Source: Styela clava
Lineage: Eukaryota
NCBI RefSeq assembly: GCF_964204865.1
Contig: NC_135254.1
Coordinates: 1,488,001 to 1,552,000 of the forward strand
Reading direction: 5' to 3'
Length of the DNA stretch: 64,000 nt
The notes beneath the pieces are model-generated. The model was not told the DNA's origin, did not search any database, and saw only the letters and a program-made list of their open reading frames with translations. This document shows, piece by piece, positions 12,300 through 26,736 of the stretch (positions are counted from its first letter, which is position 1; every line of letters starts with the position of its first letter). The translations under genes were made by a program, and so were the position numbers.

Positions 12300-14230
12300 T
12301 GAACAATTTGAAGACTACTATCTCACACTTAAAGGGGGGTCTGACAGATGTTTGGTCTAATATGGTATATCACATGTTGAAGGTACCAGCATTTGAAGCC
12401 CTTCATATGCTGGAGAAGCAATGAAATGTTGTTGATTTTTAAATATCACTACAGAATGTGTTGCATGTAGCCGTATAGCATTTATTTTGTTAAAAAATTC
12501 TTGAGCTAATCACCTGTTGTAGACTTTCAGTGTGAAAAAAAAATTTATGAAATTTTGGCTAATCTACTGCAGTCTTTTGTCTCCAAATTTAAATGCTCAA
12601 TAGGAAATAGATCTAATAAGAAAATACAAATGAATTATTATCCAAAACAATTCTTTGTGCTATACCTGTGCTTAATATTTAACAGACATTTTTATCAAGC
12701 CATTGAGTTAAACATGTATAGATATGAATGTTGGTAGCAACGATACAATATTCAGTGCTTATTACAATTTTTTTTCCCTGTACTTTTCTCGTGAACTCAT
12801 TGAGGTGGGAAATGATACTTTTACTTCACGTGCTTGCTATAATGCTGAATCTGTGATGTACTTATTTCTCGTCCCTATTATTCCATTTTTATCCCGGTTA
12901 ATGCCCAATAAAAAAAAATGCTTTTTGCAAAAATCTTTCCATTGGACATGTCCGGCTCCAACCAATACATGACCTCTCAAAATCCTAAATTGCCCTTAAT
13001 AATAACTTCCATAATACCATTGAATTGTCGACTCATTTCTTTATCTTATGTATATTTTATATATTTATATTTATTCTCGCTTGCATCCACCTACGGTACT
13101 ATTTTATGCCATGATAGTCTTATATACAGCATATAAACAAGGGAGCCTAGATGACTTTAATCGGTCTTGCACACCGATCCGCACAAAGCAATAATTAATC
13201 ACTGTCATTACAGCTGAAATTTTTTTCGTTATTGTATTATGTTTATAATAGTGTTGACATTGTTTTGTAGCAATGAATCTCTCTCACATGTTGGTCTGTT
13301 AGTTTACATGGCTGTTTCAAATGTTTTTTAGACATATCTTCATAAATTCCCTCTAGATGTGTTTCCATGCCAAAACCCCATCTGGTGACAGCAAATCATT
13401 CTTCAAAAATGAGTTTCGAGACGTCTGCAATTTTTTTTATTTTAGTTACGGTATTTTGAAATAAATTGCCCACAACAATTGAACCTTGTCTACCATCTAA
13501 ACATGTATGTGTTTATATATATAAGTATAACAGCCACTTAGACAAGGTATTATTTGAAACAAAAATGCGAATACCCCACAAAACAAATTAAAATTAATCA
13601 ATTATAACGGTTCCAGGAGAAATATTAATGCATTCAATGAACGTGATGGATTTTGCAGTCGCAAAAAAGTTATTGCTATTGATCACAAATCAATTCCTTA
13701 AAAATACTCGACAAACTAATTCAAAATTTTTTGGCACATCCAAAATTATAAATATATCTATGTTGAGGCCATGTTTAGATAATAGCAATAATAGTTATCC
13801 AATTTATGTGAAAAAAGTTATTAGTACCAGCCTGAAATCAAGCAATATGGATTATCATGGCAAACGTAAAATACCTCTTATGTTGTAATATGCAGCTGGT
13901 GACTTCGTATACAATGACAGAATGGAAAAAAGTTATCAAGATCGGTGGAACTCCATCATAAAACACTTATTAGTTGAAGTTAAAATATGTGTGTTTAATC
14001 TATGTTTTTCATACGGACGTCACAATTTCAGGGTGGTATCGCTCACCACATTTCTTTTTTTTGCTGACAGTTTTAGTTGCTCCACCAAAAATTTTCATTG
14101 ATATAGTGTAAGCTAATTCTGATTTTTGAGATAAAGCATCACTCATCATTCAATTTATATTCTTGCTCACTGCTTTGATCACACAGCATAAATCCTCACA
14201 CTGTAACTTTTTTTATAATCCTTTCCTTCC
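12300..14230 (-). pseudogene. Decayed P-element/THAP9-like transposase fossil
   Basis: Collinear minus-strand fragments broken by stops and frameshifts: VEQLKLSAKKKKC (~14050-14100), SLYTKSPAAYYNIRGILRLP (~13858-13917), RNSFLKNDLLSPDGVLAWKHI (~13355-13420), KLTDQHV (~13285-13305) and a TKHLSDP (QDPLE-like) remnant (~12335-12356). These resemble P-superfamily transposase motifs in the expected order. Boundaries are approximate. Confidence 0.55.
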
Positions 14231-15553
14231 TGAAAATATACATATCTCATATCAAAATTTACTGACTTGACAAATCATTACTGTATTGGGTACCAATAAA
14301 AACATTTACAACTTACTCCTTTTATGCTGAACATTCGTAGCACAAAGCGGCTCTCTACTACATCTACTCATGGGAGCTTTAAAGTGAATTTAAAATCTTA
14401 CCGTCAATGTGCTTTCGAGTGCTGGACCGGTCCTAACGCCTTCCCACTCAATTGATTGTTCTTCTATTTTATAATAAGTATAAGTATAAGTTTATTTCGA
14501 CTCCATAATCAGCAATAGACGATAAAAAAATAGATAAAAACAAAAGTAAAAGTAACTGATTATAGAATCGGGAAAGCGAACAAAACCTAGAGTAAGGTTT
14601 GAAACGTACAGATTTTAGATGGAAAGGTATTGAAAAAAGAAGTAGTACGTGTTCGCTCCCAAAAGTAAAAAAAACTAATTAAGGCACGCACGCACACACA
14701 CAATCATCGAGACATGATACTGTCGGAAGCGAAAAAAGCGAGACTTAAAAGTAAAAAGAAAGGAAAATATACGAACAAATAAAAAAAAAAAATGAATAAA
14801 TTCTTTTGCCACACCAAATTAATAATTTTATGAGGATTGCCAAATTGGATACCGAATTAGTCAACAAGAGTAATGTATTGTGGATAGAAAAGTATTACTC
14901 AAAAGATATCGTCAAGCTGATTATAATTGGAGTCACCTAATGCCAAATTGCCCAATCAGAATTGCCAAGTTGGATGTATGAAGAGGTGGGCTAGACCTGC
15001 TTCACTCATCAAATAGAAGCCACAACAAGCCAAATAACGTCCAAATTATTGTAAATACTATTAATCAATAACAGTACCGGTAATCATAAAATTGTTGTCA
15101 TTGTTTTGTTATCTGCATTCTATGAGTTCTATAGTCAAGTATATCGTGTAATATTCCATGTGCACAACTAACTTGAATATTTATAAGTCACTCACTTAAT
15201 CTTGACGCGAGACAGCTCGTCAGAGCACAGAAAAACGCAGAACGTCGCACGATGGTTTTCGAAGCAATAATCTGTCAGCATTAAGTCGAGCGTGACGGCG
15301 AATTCAACATCGGGACCAAATTTCCGGAGGTACACGGGGTTGGTTTAACCGTAAATATATGGTTCAACTCTATATTTTCTTTCCCCTTTATATATCCCTC
15401 TTGCTGTTGAAACATACCGGTAGAAGGTAGCGATAGAATAATTCGAATAGAAAATAAATTCAGATTCGGTATGCATTTGGACGACTAATTAAAAATTAAA
15501 CGCGGGTCAACCGGCAACACGGTTTGTGAGCACGGATGTGGAAATGCGCTCGT

Positions 15554-15812
15554 TTTCGCGGTGATGCTGGCAATATTTCCCAAATTTAGCTATGACTCAG
15601 TGGTAATTTGGTCTTCCGGGATTTTTAGTTTGCTTAAGACAATAAAAAAATGTTTTTGAAATTATAGATATGCCTCAATCTTTTTAATAAATTTCGTTAG
15701 GTCTATTTTGAAATTTAACATTTCTCGCTCCATTTTTCCAAATATTATTTTCCGTGTAGGAACAATAATCGTTTATATTTTTAGTCTTCTCCCGCTGTTC
15801 CTGGTTTCCCGC
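15554..15812 (+). promoter_or_regulatory. POLE promoter with E2F-type sites
   Basis: TTTCGCGG at 15554-15561 and TTTCCCGC at 15805-15812 lie in a locally CpG-richer region 170-430 bp upstream of the POLE ATG. Confidence 0.45.
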
Positions 15813-15985
15813 TTTTTTCGTAGCGGTTTTGGCTTTTCGTTTTATTAGTTAGGAAAGCCGCTAATGGTTATTATTTACCATTAATACAGTAATAGCTTGT
15901 TCTAAGAGTTAATACACGATAAGTGTATTATAGGATGTGAATTGGTAGTGAAAAATATAGGTTGAAATAGCTTTAACTGACCAAA

Positions 15986-18900
15986 ATGCCGCTACAAAAC
16001 ACCGGAAAATTAGTGAAGGAGAAAGACTGGTCTAAAAACGAAGATGGTGCCGCAAAAAGGTTTGTTTCTTTCAATCATTCAAAGATTTCGAAGTATTTAG
16101 GGCCTAGCGAAGTAAACGTCATAACTCCTTGAAATAACACCAAACTGAAAATTTGATGTAAGCAATCAGAAATGTGATGTTAAATTTTGATGTTTTCAAA
16201 AAGTCTGTCTAGCATGGAATGAAATTATTGACAAGACGTTTTCAGTTTGAATAAAATCTACTCAATAAAGCTGGTATATTCATTCTATGCCAAACAGGGT
16301 GTAGCATTCCATTGCAGAAAACAATAAAAAAAACTTGAGGTTTGAGCAGCTCCAGCATTTATTTCAGTACAGCACACTATACAGATCGAGCGACATTGTC
16401 TCGTTTCAGAGAAACCCATTTTGCAGATGATCAGAGACCCCTTCTTCGGGGGACGTCTGGACACTCATAATCCGTAAAAATACAGTAAAATGAAGTTGTG
16501 CACAAACTACAAAGAATCGCAATCTGAAAACGTCATCAATTCCTCCGGTAAAAAATAATCCGATTTACCAAAGTAAAAAATTTTCTACCGTGGCATTTGA
16601 GAGTTTGGAGCAAAAAGCGGCAGATTTGGTCACGTTACGTCTGCGATTAATTTAGATTATCATTGAGGCAAGCATGGCGCAATATGACTCATCTGCCATC
16701 GTAGCAGACGCCCCTCGTTTGTGAGACACATGAAGTTTTTGTTTTATTGACAGGGCATTCGGATAGTGTGCCATATTGTATTTTCACATCATATTTTTGT
16801 TTAGCGTCATTTAAGCACTTGCAATGTGTACTTCGTTAGACTCGGTATTAAAACAATGAAACAAGCACACTACTCATCTCTGGAATGGGGGCATTTGGCC
16901 CGATTCAGATTTGTAGGATAATGTAAATCAATCCTCCTAGTTCATAACGCTATATATATTACAAAAAATTTAAAATTTGTTTGATTTGAGTAATTACTGC
17001 GCCAGTAGATATTTCTTAGTCGAAATAAACAAAACAATACCAAGTTTGCAAGAAACGGTCAAGAAATAACGGCGATATTGGCATTTCAGTACCGCCCGCC
17101 TGAGAGGCCAATTTCTCTACATGAGGTTAGCAATTCGCTGACTTTGCGTGTGACTTTTGCTTCTATTCCCAGACTGGAACAAGCGAAATTATCTGAAGAG
17201 ATGGACGAGAGATATGGCTATAAGAAATTATCTCTTCCGTGTGAGAAGCTGGGATGGCTGATAAACATGTGTGAAGCAGATATCTTGGATGAAGATAAGA
17301 AAATGATCAGTGCAGTGGATTTCTATTTCTTACAGGTAAGATATATATTATGAACCAGTGGTTTCTAAGTTGTTGGGGAGCAGAAGGGGAGTTTTTTTTT
17401 GCTTCAATGAAAGTAGTGCCCTTAATAATAGGATGCAATTTGCTATTTCAAGTGGTGTTTTTGTGTTTATAAATTGCATGTTATTAATAGCGAAATAATG
17501 TTAAAAAAATTCCAGAGTTGGTTTTTGTTCGCCTCTCTTCGTTTGATGTCTCATTTCAAACAACCCCTAATCGCTGACTGTTTAAATAAAAGCTAAGTCA
17601 CCTTACTTGTTAATATCAGCCAGAGCACTTGTGCAGTTATTTTGTTCAAGATACCAACGCACTCTTCATTTTAACACTGGCCTGTGATATGTTTTTCACT
17701 TCCATATTTTTGGAGCCCAGACCACTGGATAATCAAAATTTTAAATCTTTTATCATACTCAAAGATTAAACTAATTGAGTGCTTTAATTCAAAAGGGCGA
17801 AACTTACTAAAGTTTTTTTGAGAAAATGAGGAAAATGTACATTTTGGCTTTTAAACAACTTTTTACTAAAATTCTTTTGTGAATATCACTTCTCAAAAAT
17901 GACCAACTAGCTCAAAATGAAGCTTTTTTTTGTGTTGTTTTCATTCAAAATATTTCCAAAATTTTAATATTTTATATTTTATCTCAACCCTTATTGTAGC
18001 AGTATATTATAAGCTTTTTTTGTGCAGGTGACATACCTTTAAAGCAGGAGTGTGCAACATTTTTTGTCGGGGGCCATATAACCAACTTCTGACATCTAGC
18101 CGGGCCATTCAAAAAATTCAATATCTTTCGGGTACATAATGAATTAAAAATTTCTCACCACAAAAAGGCTATATCGCTCAGTCTTCAGTAATAAAGGCAA
18201 AAAGACGAAAGACTCAAATTTATGGATTTTAACCCCTGTGTGCGCTTTTTTAAACATGAACTGTCAGGTTAGAATTTGATGCTTAGTGGGAAAATATCTG
18301 AGTGTTGACAAGGGCCCCACTTATTGTCTTGGCGGGCCGGGTTGTGGCCCGCGGGCCGCCTGTTGCACACCCCTGCTTTAAAGCATATTAATTTGAATTG
18401 TAATGATTTTCATAAAATTAATACCTCAATGTATAATTGGTTCCGTGTATGCATAATGTATAATTTTTCATTGTCGGTTGAGGCTTCAGGGGTGGGGGCG
18501 GTGTAATGAGTGAATACACTCCTATTTGGCCTCTTCTTGTATTGAATCTCTCAAATTTTATTTAACAGGATGACGGTGAACGATTCAAAGTCTCTGTTCC
18601 TTTCAAGCCATATTTTTACGTTTTGACAAAACGTGGGACAGAAAAAGAAGTCATTTCATTTCTGCAGCGAAAATTCCCGAAAATTTTTTCCATCGAAATT
18701 AAGAAAAAAGAAGATTTGGATCTACAGAATCATTTAGTTGGATTAAAGCAGACGTATTTAAAATTATCATTCATGCACGTCGACGATTTATCAAGCGTGA
18801 GGCAAATTATCCAACGGGCGGTGAACCGTAACAAACAGCGTGAAAAAGGACATTCTGCGTATGTTGAAATGCTTACTAGCACCCTCGCTGGAGAAAAAGT

Positions 18901-21900
18901 CTCCGAAACTTCAAGTGATAGATCTAAAACGCTGGTTGACCAGTTGGATAACTTACTTGACATACGCGAACACGATGTTACTTACTACGTTCGAGTTTCA
19001 ATCGATTTGAAAATCCATGTTGGTCTGTGGTACTCCGTTCAATTTAAAGGAAGCGCTATTCCACCCGTGATAACCAAACGAAACGATTTATTAGAGCGGC
19101 CAGACCCGGTTGTATTAGCTTATGATATCGAAACGACGAAATTGCCGTTAAAATTCCCTGATCCTGATACTGACTGTATTATGATGATTTCTTATATGAT
19201 AGACGGACAAGGATATTTGATCTGTAACCGAGAAATAATATCTGCCGACGTAGAGGACTTTGAATTCACACCCAAACCAGAATACGAGGGGAAATTCGAA
19301 GTTTTTAATGAACCTGACGAGATTTCAACGTTGCATCGTTTTTTCGATCATATTTTAGACGTTAAGCCACATTTATTTGTGACATATAATGGGGATTTCT
19401 TTGACTGGCCATTCGTGGAAGCGCGGGCTCTAAAGCACGGAATTGAAATGATAAAAGAGATTGGATTCAGTAAAGACTCTCAAGGGGAGTATAAATGCCG
19501 CCAAGCGTCACACATGGACGCTTTTAAATGGGTAAAAAGAGACAGTTATTTACCGATGGGATCACAAAGCCTGAAAGCGGCAGCAAAAGCGAAACTTCGT
19601 TACGACCCAGTAGAATTAGACCCAGAAGATATGTGTCGCTTAGCGAGCGAAGAACCACAAACAATGGCTAATTATTCAGTGTCGGACGCAGTTGCAACAT
19701 ACTACCTTTACATGAAATATGTTCATCCCTTCATATTCGCGCTTTGTACTATTATCCCTATGGATCCGGACTCTGTGCTGCGAAAAGGCTCTGGAACTTT
19801 ATGTGAAGCTCTTCTCATGGTTCAGGCATTTGATGTGAATATTATATTCCCAAACAGACAAGAGTCAACGTTGAACAAACAGACAAACGACGGACACGTG
19901 TTGGACTCGGAAACGTATGTTGGGGGTCATGTCGAAGCTATTGAAAGTGGGGTCTTTCGAGCTGATATCCCTTGTCGCTTTTTAGGCGACCCAGGGGGGT
20001 ATAATTTTCTACATGGGGAGGTTGAAAAAACTATAAAATTTTGCATCGAAGTCGAAGAAAATATCCCGTTATCCGAAGTTACGAATTATGAAGAAGTTTG
20101 TCGGGATATTAAATCAAAATTATTTGATTTGCGGGACAATCCCGCTAGAATTGAGAACCCGATCATTTACCATCTCGACGTTGGAGCTATGTATCCGAAT
20201 ATCATTCTAACGAATCGTTTACAGCCTTCAGCGATGGTTGACGATGAAACCTGTGCGGCTTGTGATTTCAACAAACCTGGTGCGACGTGCCAACGTTCCA
20301 TGCCATGGATGTGGCGTGGGGAATACATGCCCGCCACTAGGAGTGAATTTCATCGCATTCAACAACAATTAGAAACTGAAAAATTTCCGTCATTTTTTCC
20401 CGGTGGAAAACCTCGAGCTTTCCATGAATTAAATAAAATTGAGAGAGCAGAACAAGAGAAAAAACGTCTTCAGGAATACTGTCGAATCGCTTACAAGAAA
20501 ACGAAAATCAGCCGAATTGAAGAGCGCTACACTACGATTTGCCAGCGGGAGAATTCATTTTATGTCGACACAGTACGTATGTTCCGTGATCGCCGTTACG
20601 AATTTAAAGCCGCGCTGAAAAAAGCGAAAAAGCAAGTTAGTGATGCTGTAGCAAGCGGAGACGCTTCGGAAATAAAAGCAGCAAAAGGGCTTGAGGTTTT
20701 ATACGATTCTCTACAACTTGCTCACAAATGTATTTTGAATTCTTTTTATGGGTATGTAATGCGTAAAGGGGCACGGTGGTACTCAATGGAAATGGCTGGA
20801 ATTGTCTGCTATACCGGTGCAAGCATTATCACAAAAGCTAGAGAAATCGTCGAAAAAATTGGACGACCTCTTGAGTTGGACACAGACGGTATTTGGTGCG
20901 TTCTACCAGCCAGTTTTCCTGAGAATTATGTTATACATACAACGAACCCAAAAAAGCCTAAAGTTACAATCTCTTACCCTGGAGCTATGCTAAACGTTAT
21001 GGTGAAAGATGAATACACAAATCACCAGTATCAAGAGCTTACTGATCCTGCGACATTGACATACACACAACGAAGCGAAAATTCAATATTTTTCGAAGTC
21101 GATGGACCGTATCTTGCCATGATTCTGCCAGCTTCTAAAGAAGAAGGAAAAAAATTGAAAAAACGTTATGCTGTTTTTAATTTTGACGGCTCTTTAGCAG
21201 AATTGAAAGGTTTTGAAGTTAAACGCAGGGGGGAACTACAATTAATCAAAATTTTTCAGTCCTCGGTTTTTGAGGCTTTTTTACGCGGGGGAACACTAGA
21301 GGAGGTTTATGCTTCAGTGGCTAAAGTTGCAGATTACTGGTTAGACGTGCTGTACAGTAAAGCGGACAATATGCCAGATTCCGAACTTTTCGATCTAATC
21401 ACAGAAAACCGGTCCATGTCGAAAAAACTCGAGGAATACGGAGCGCAAAAATCGACCTCAATCAGTACAGCAAAAAGACTCGCAGAGTTTCTCGGTGATC
21501 AGATGGTGAAGGATTCAGGTCTGTCGTGTCGTTTTATTATTTCGAAGAAACCAGAAGGCGCACCAGTCACGGAACGGGCGATTCCGCTTGCAATTTTCCA
21601 ATCAGAACAAAGTGTGAAGCGACACTACCTTCGCCGTTGGACAAAAACTTCAAATTTGACTGATTTCGATATTCGTAGCATTTTAGACTGGGGGTATTAT
21701 ATAGAACGGCTCGGAAACACGATACAAAAAATTATCACGATTCCTGCGGCTTTACAGGGGGTTCCGAACCCCGTTCCGAGAGTGCGTCATCCCGATTGGC
21801 TACATAAACGATTGATGGAAAAAAACGACGTTTTCAAACAAAAACGAATTACTGATATGTTTTCTGTTTTGCCGAAAAAACGGCCAAGAAGCGAAGACGG

Positions 21901-24900
21901 CTCTGATTCAGGTCAATCAGACGGGGACAAAGAAAATGAGATGGATATAGAGGATTTTGGGAAGAAAACGAATGAAAAGAAAGGAATCCAAGCTACTGTT
22001 TCCGCTAAAAAAAGAAAAATTGATCAAGAAAATGAAGATCTTAAAAAATCATGGAGGGAATTATTAGGACCTGCACCGAGTAACGAGTTTTTATTGAAAG
22101 GAACGAAAAGCCAGCACCAGGAGTGGATAGACTACCATAAAAAGAAGTGGAAACACCAAGCAAACCAGCGAAAAGCAAGTTTAAAAATGAGTGACACATT
22201 GATTGAGTCTCAACGTAACACTCGGCAACCAACATCAGGTCTTACTGGTTTTATGCGGCAACATACTCAAACTTTACTTAATTCGACATGGCAGATAGTG
22301 CAAATGGTACCCACAGACCACCCCGGCCAGTTTCGTGTGTTTACCCTCATCGGTAACACTTTACATACATTAAAATTGAATGTACCGAGAGTTTTTTATG
22401 TGAACCAACGAACATTGAAGGAAGGAAAAAGCGAGATTTGGCGAAAAGTCAACCGCTTGCTACCAAGATCGTCACCTCTGTTAAATTTGTATGAATATCA
22501 AATCCCAGAGTCGGAGTATCAAAAACACCGACACGCGATTCGTCTCGAACTTTCAGGTTCTCATATTGAGGGCGTTTACGAGCTGCAAGTACCGCTTGAT
22601 TTTAGAGCGCTGGTAAATTTAGGGTCTATGTGTTCTGTGAAACGTAGCGAAGTCAAAAAACTTCACGATACGGATACATTTGAAATGGACCAATTAGAAA
22701 TGAGAACTAGCAATGTTGAGTACCTAGAGAAAGACTCTATGAAACAAATTTATCTTTATCAGCACGTTTCTGGCGCTAAACAAATGGTCGGGTTATTTTT
22801 ACCGACGACAAAAAAGTGTTTTATATTTGTTGTTGACACAGTACGTACAAATGCAATGCCAAACATGCAATCGTTGTACAAGTCAGAACATGCTGCAATT
22901 TTATCGTCAGCACAAGACATGGAATTACCCCCGACTGATTATACATTCGAGATCAGGATTGAAAAGGACGTTAAAAATATGTACTCAGCGCTGCAACGGC
23001 ATATTTCAACTTACAAAAACGAGCACCATGGCCCAACTTTAATTGCATTTCAGTCTCAACTTTCTGTTACTAAAATATCGAGTCTTATACCAGCTGTGAG
23101 AGAATTTCCAATAATTCCATTGCATAATAAAGACCCCGAGAATTTATATGCAGTTTTGGAATGGCAACGTGTTGGAGCACGGAGATTGGTTCAACAATTT
23201 TTAAACCTGTGTCCTCTATTGGACCAGTTACTAAAATATAGCCGATATTTTTGCGTTCCCGTCGGTAATCTGCCACTGGACCCAAGCCTGTTTGTAGCGG
23301 ATTTAACTTTCGCAAGATATTTACTGAAGCATAACCATGTCCTGTGGTGTTCTGCGACAGAAAAACCAGATCTAGGAGGAAAGGAAGCGTTCGACAACAA
23401 GTTAGGATCGGATAATTCGAATAGTACAGTTGAGGTGAACACCAGTGGAGCGTATCCCAGCGTTTGTATCGAATTAGAAATCTCGTCTTTAGCTGTGAAC
23501 ACGATTATCCAATCACATCGCGTTAATGATGTCGACGGGGGCGTGAGTGCAGGCGTGAGTTTCGACGTAATTCAACAATCATCGCTTGAAGATATGATAA
23601 GTGGACAGAATTCTGCGTTGAATTCGCTTGCTAGTGATGACGATACTGTTTTGTGTTCAACTACATTCAGGATCTTGAAGTCAATGGTACAAGGTTGGCT
23701 TCGGGACGTGTCTGTACATCGAAACGAGCTGGCTGATTTCCAACTTGTGCATTTCTATCGATGGTTGGGTTGTCGTTCTTCTCTACTTTTCGACCGTGCG
23801 TTGCATAAAACTCTACAAAACATGATGCGTAAAGTTTTTTTGCAGTTGATCTCTGAGTTTAAGCGATTGGGATCTAAAATCGTGTACGCAGATTTTAGCC
23901 GAGTCATTGTTTGCACAAAGAAACGCTCTGTCACAGATGCAGTGGCGTATATCAGCTACATAGCGTCGTCTATCACATCTAAAGATTTATACCATTCCAT
24001 AGATCTTTCTATCGTGCAAGCTTGGGAGTACTTACTATGGCTTGACCACACTAATTTTGCCGGGGTTAAAGGTCAAATGGAAGAAAACGAGGACAAAATG
24101 GACGATAGTTCGATCAGCGTTAGCAGTAAAAAAGATAATTCTCAATCAACGGAGCCGCAGAATAAATCTATCCGCTTCGACGAAAGTTTGATAAATGAAA
24201 GTGGGGAAGAAAATCCAACACAAGGTGGCGATGTTGTTGAAATGAATTTTAGTCTCGTAAAATATCTCCCTCATGCTGCCGCAATTCAGACTAGCTTTGA
24301 AATGATTATTGGGGGGTACATTTCAATGATCCATAGAGAAACAAAACGTGAAAGAACAAAATACCTCCCTGGACAGACTCCTGTAGTTCGAAGGGGGGAC
24401 ACGCAGTCGCAAGAAGAAAAAGGGGGGAAATCAAAAATCATTCCAAGCGACCCTTCCATTACGGAACATATTGTGACATTCTCACAGGAGTTAATAACAG
24501 GAGAACTAACTCAACAAATTCTGAGTATCGTCCAAAAAATGGCGAAAAAATTAGGCTCGGACCCAGTGAGTGGAAGCAAAATGTTCCCTATTTTACCTGG
24601 GTCTCATCTTTCTCTCACAAATCCGACGTTGGAATTCGTGAAATCGGCGTGCAAAGTTTTGTCGCTCGATTCTCACGTAACGACGCAAGTTCAACATCTG
24701 AAACGGAATTTATTAAAACTTATCGGAGTCGGAGAATTTTCGTCGTCTGCAGAATGGAACGATCCATGTGCTTCGTTTGTTTTGGGTGAAGTCGTTTGTG
24801 TTACGTGCAACCACTGTCGTGATTTAGATTTATGTCGTGAATACCAGACACTAGATGGCCAGGAAAAAATTGTGTGGATGTGCGAGTCTTGCGGAACAGC

Positions 24901-25168
24901 GTACGATATTTCATGGATCGAAAATCGACTTATTGAAAGTTTACAAAGCCAAGCAGCAAGTCATGTTTTGCAGGATCTATCGTGCAAAAAATGCAACGGA
25001 ATTAAACAAGGAAATTTATCGAGATATTGCGAATGTGCCGGAGATTTTGAAGTAACGATACCGGTGTCAAAGTTCACAAATACAATCAAAATATTTCAGA
25101 ATATTGCTGAGCACGCAGGAATGCCTTTATTACTAGAAACTGTAAAATGGTTTTCTGAGTACATGTGA
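15986..25168 (+). CDS. POLE: DNA polymerase epsilon catalytic subunit A, ~2278 aa; exons 15986..16059, 17173..17335, 18569..25168
   Basis: ORF 18623..25168 has Exo[10 protein letters not shown], Pol motif [13 protein letters not shown], motif C ELDTDG, the Cys[14 protein letters not shown] and C-terminal CysA/CysB clusters. Upstream exons [24 protein letters not shown](R) and LEQAK...GWLINM...AVDFYFLQ splice in frame (GT-AG) to DDGERFKV at 18569. Confidence 0.96.
18045..18375. mobile_element. hAT (Charlie-like) MITE in POLE intron 2
   Basis: CAGGAGTGTGCAAC...GTTGCACACCCCTG termini; perfect TSD CTTTAAAG. Confidence 0.85.
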
Positions 25169-26471
25169 ACATTAAGTGACAAGTACATGCTAAGGGCGCG
25201 GGTTTCTAACTTTTTTTCAACTCTTCATTCCTCCTCAACTAGGCACACTAACTCTTCTTTTGGCATTGGAGGGATTCCTCTCTAGTTGGAAAATGTGCTA
25301 AGGAGTGTATAATAGGTCTGGGAATCTTTTTGTTATTATTCATGTGTAATGTTAATTATACTACGCTCTTGATATTAACATCGTTTAATACGTCAGTTTT
25401 GCGTGAGTAAAAAGGTTTGCTTCAATGCAGCCTGTGAAGAGGTTGGCTATTATTTGCGGAATTGTGTAGTTGACTATTATGGCCACCACTCTCTATTGTA
25501 ACTTTAATATGACACAAACACTGCCTTTTTTATGTAATAATACTGCCATTTTGCTAAAATTTTTGTGTTTTTTCTGGGATAGCTCACATAGTCTATCGCT
25601 CTAGTTACGTAGCAAACTGGAATTTCGGTGCTTGTCCGACTTTATAAATACATTAAAAATTTGAAGGCAGCAAATTGTCTGTGCAATGGCTTAGTTATTG
25701 AGGAGTCAAGATAAAAATGTCAAATACATAACACTGGTTATTTTCATTTGCTTTTCACTGGATTTGCATGTATTACTATGAATAGGCTAGGCGGCTATCA
25801 CTCTTTAACTTTGATATGACTGAAACACTGCCCTTTTTTAATTTTATTTTTTGAAACATGATTTGAATAGAGATTTTGACCACCAGTGGGAGCAAGACTG
25901 AGCCCTTTATTATTCTTGTGTTGAATATTTGAATTACAGTTCATATTGTTCCTGTATTTTGGCTTTTTACATTTTCACTGACGCTGAAAATTTTTGTTAT
26001 TTTCACAAAGATTGTGGCAATTAGTTAGTATGAAAAATGACAATTATCTAAACCAGTGGTTCTCTAATTGTATTCCCTTGTGGCCTATTTTCAGCGTAAA
26101 AAAATACTTCAAACTTCTAAAACCTTTGGGAAAAGAAGCATCACAAATTACCTTAATCTTGTAACACCTTTAAGAAAAATTTCTAGTATAATAAGAATGT
26201 CTTTTTATTAATATTAACAACACAGTGAAAGTTCCCATAACCAAACTAATACTTATGTCTATTCATCAGCTTGTCAAGCTGAACTCCCAAACCTTGGTTG
26301 ACCTCAAGTGTAAATCACCTCTGTTTTTTCAATTTGTAACTCACTGGAGGTCCACAGGCCCATTTCAAAAATTCCCGTGACCACACGTTAAGAAAGTTTG
26401 CTCTAAGTTTCCAAATTAAACTATTTGAAATCATTTATAAAATGACAATATTTTTACACCAATTTACTTTA

Positions 26472-26736
26472 TAGGGTGTTCATGAAGTCCTAAAATGTTT
26501 TAAAATTGAAAAAAAAAATTGATCCATACCATATATTGTCCATGAAGTCCCTTTACAATTTCTATTTTATTATGAAGTCAGTTCTCAATACATCTTAACC
26601 AGGTTTGTTGTTTTTTAATCAGTAATTGTTCAAGTACATTTACTTCATTTAATACATCTGTGAGGGTCAAAACAATATATGGTATCGATAAATTCCCTTG
26701 CAATTCGAATTTTTTAAAGACTTCATGGACACCCTA
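26472..26736. mobile_element. Tc1/mariner-type MITE
   Basis: TA|TAGGGTGTTCATGAAGTC...GACTTCATGGACACCCTA|TA. Related fragments at ~40170-40262 and ~43370-43476. Confidence 0.72.

Noticed and set aside
16674-17125. Alternative POLE first exon [15 protein letters not shown] (16674..16720) and a 36-nt mini-exon (17090..17125), both phase-compatible
   Set aside because: The exon at 15986 (LQNTGK...AAKR|LE) resembles known POLE N-termini, while these do not. They remain possible minor isoforms only.
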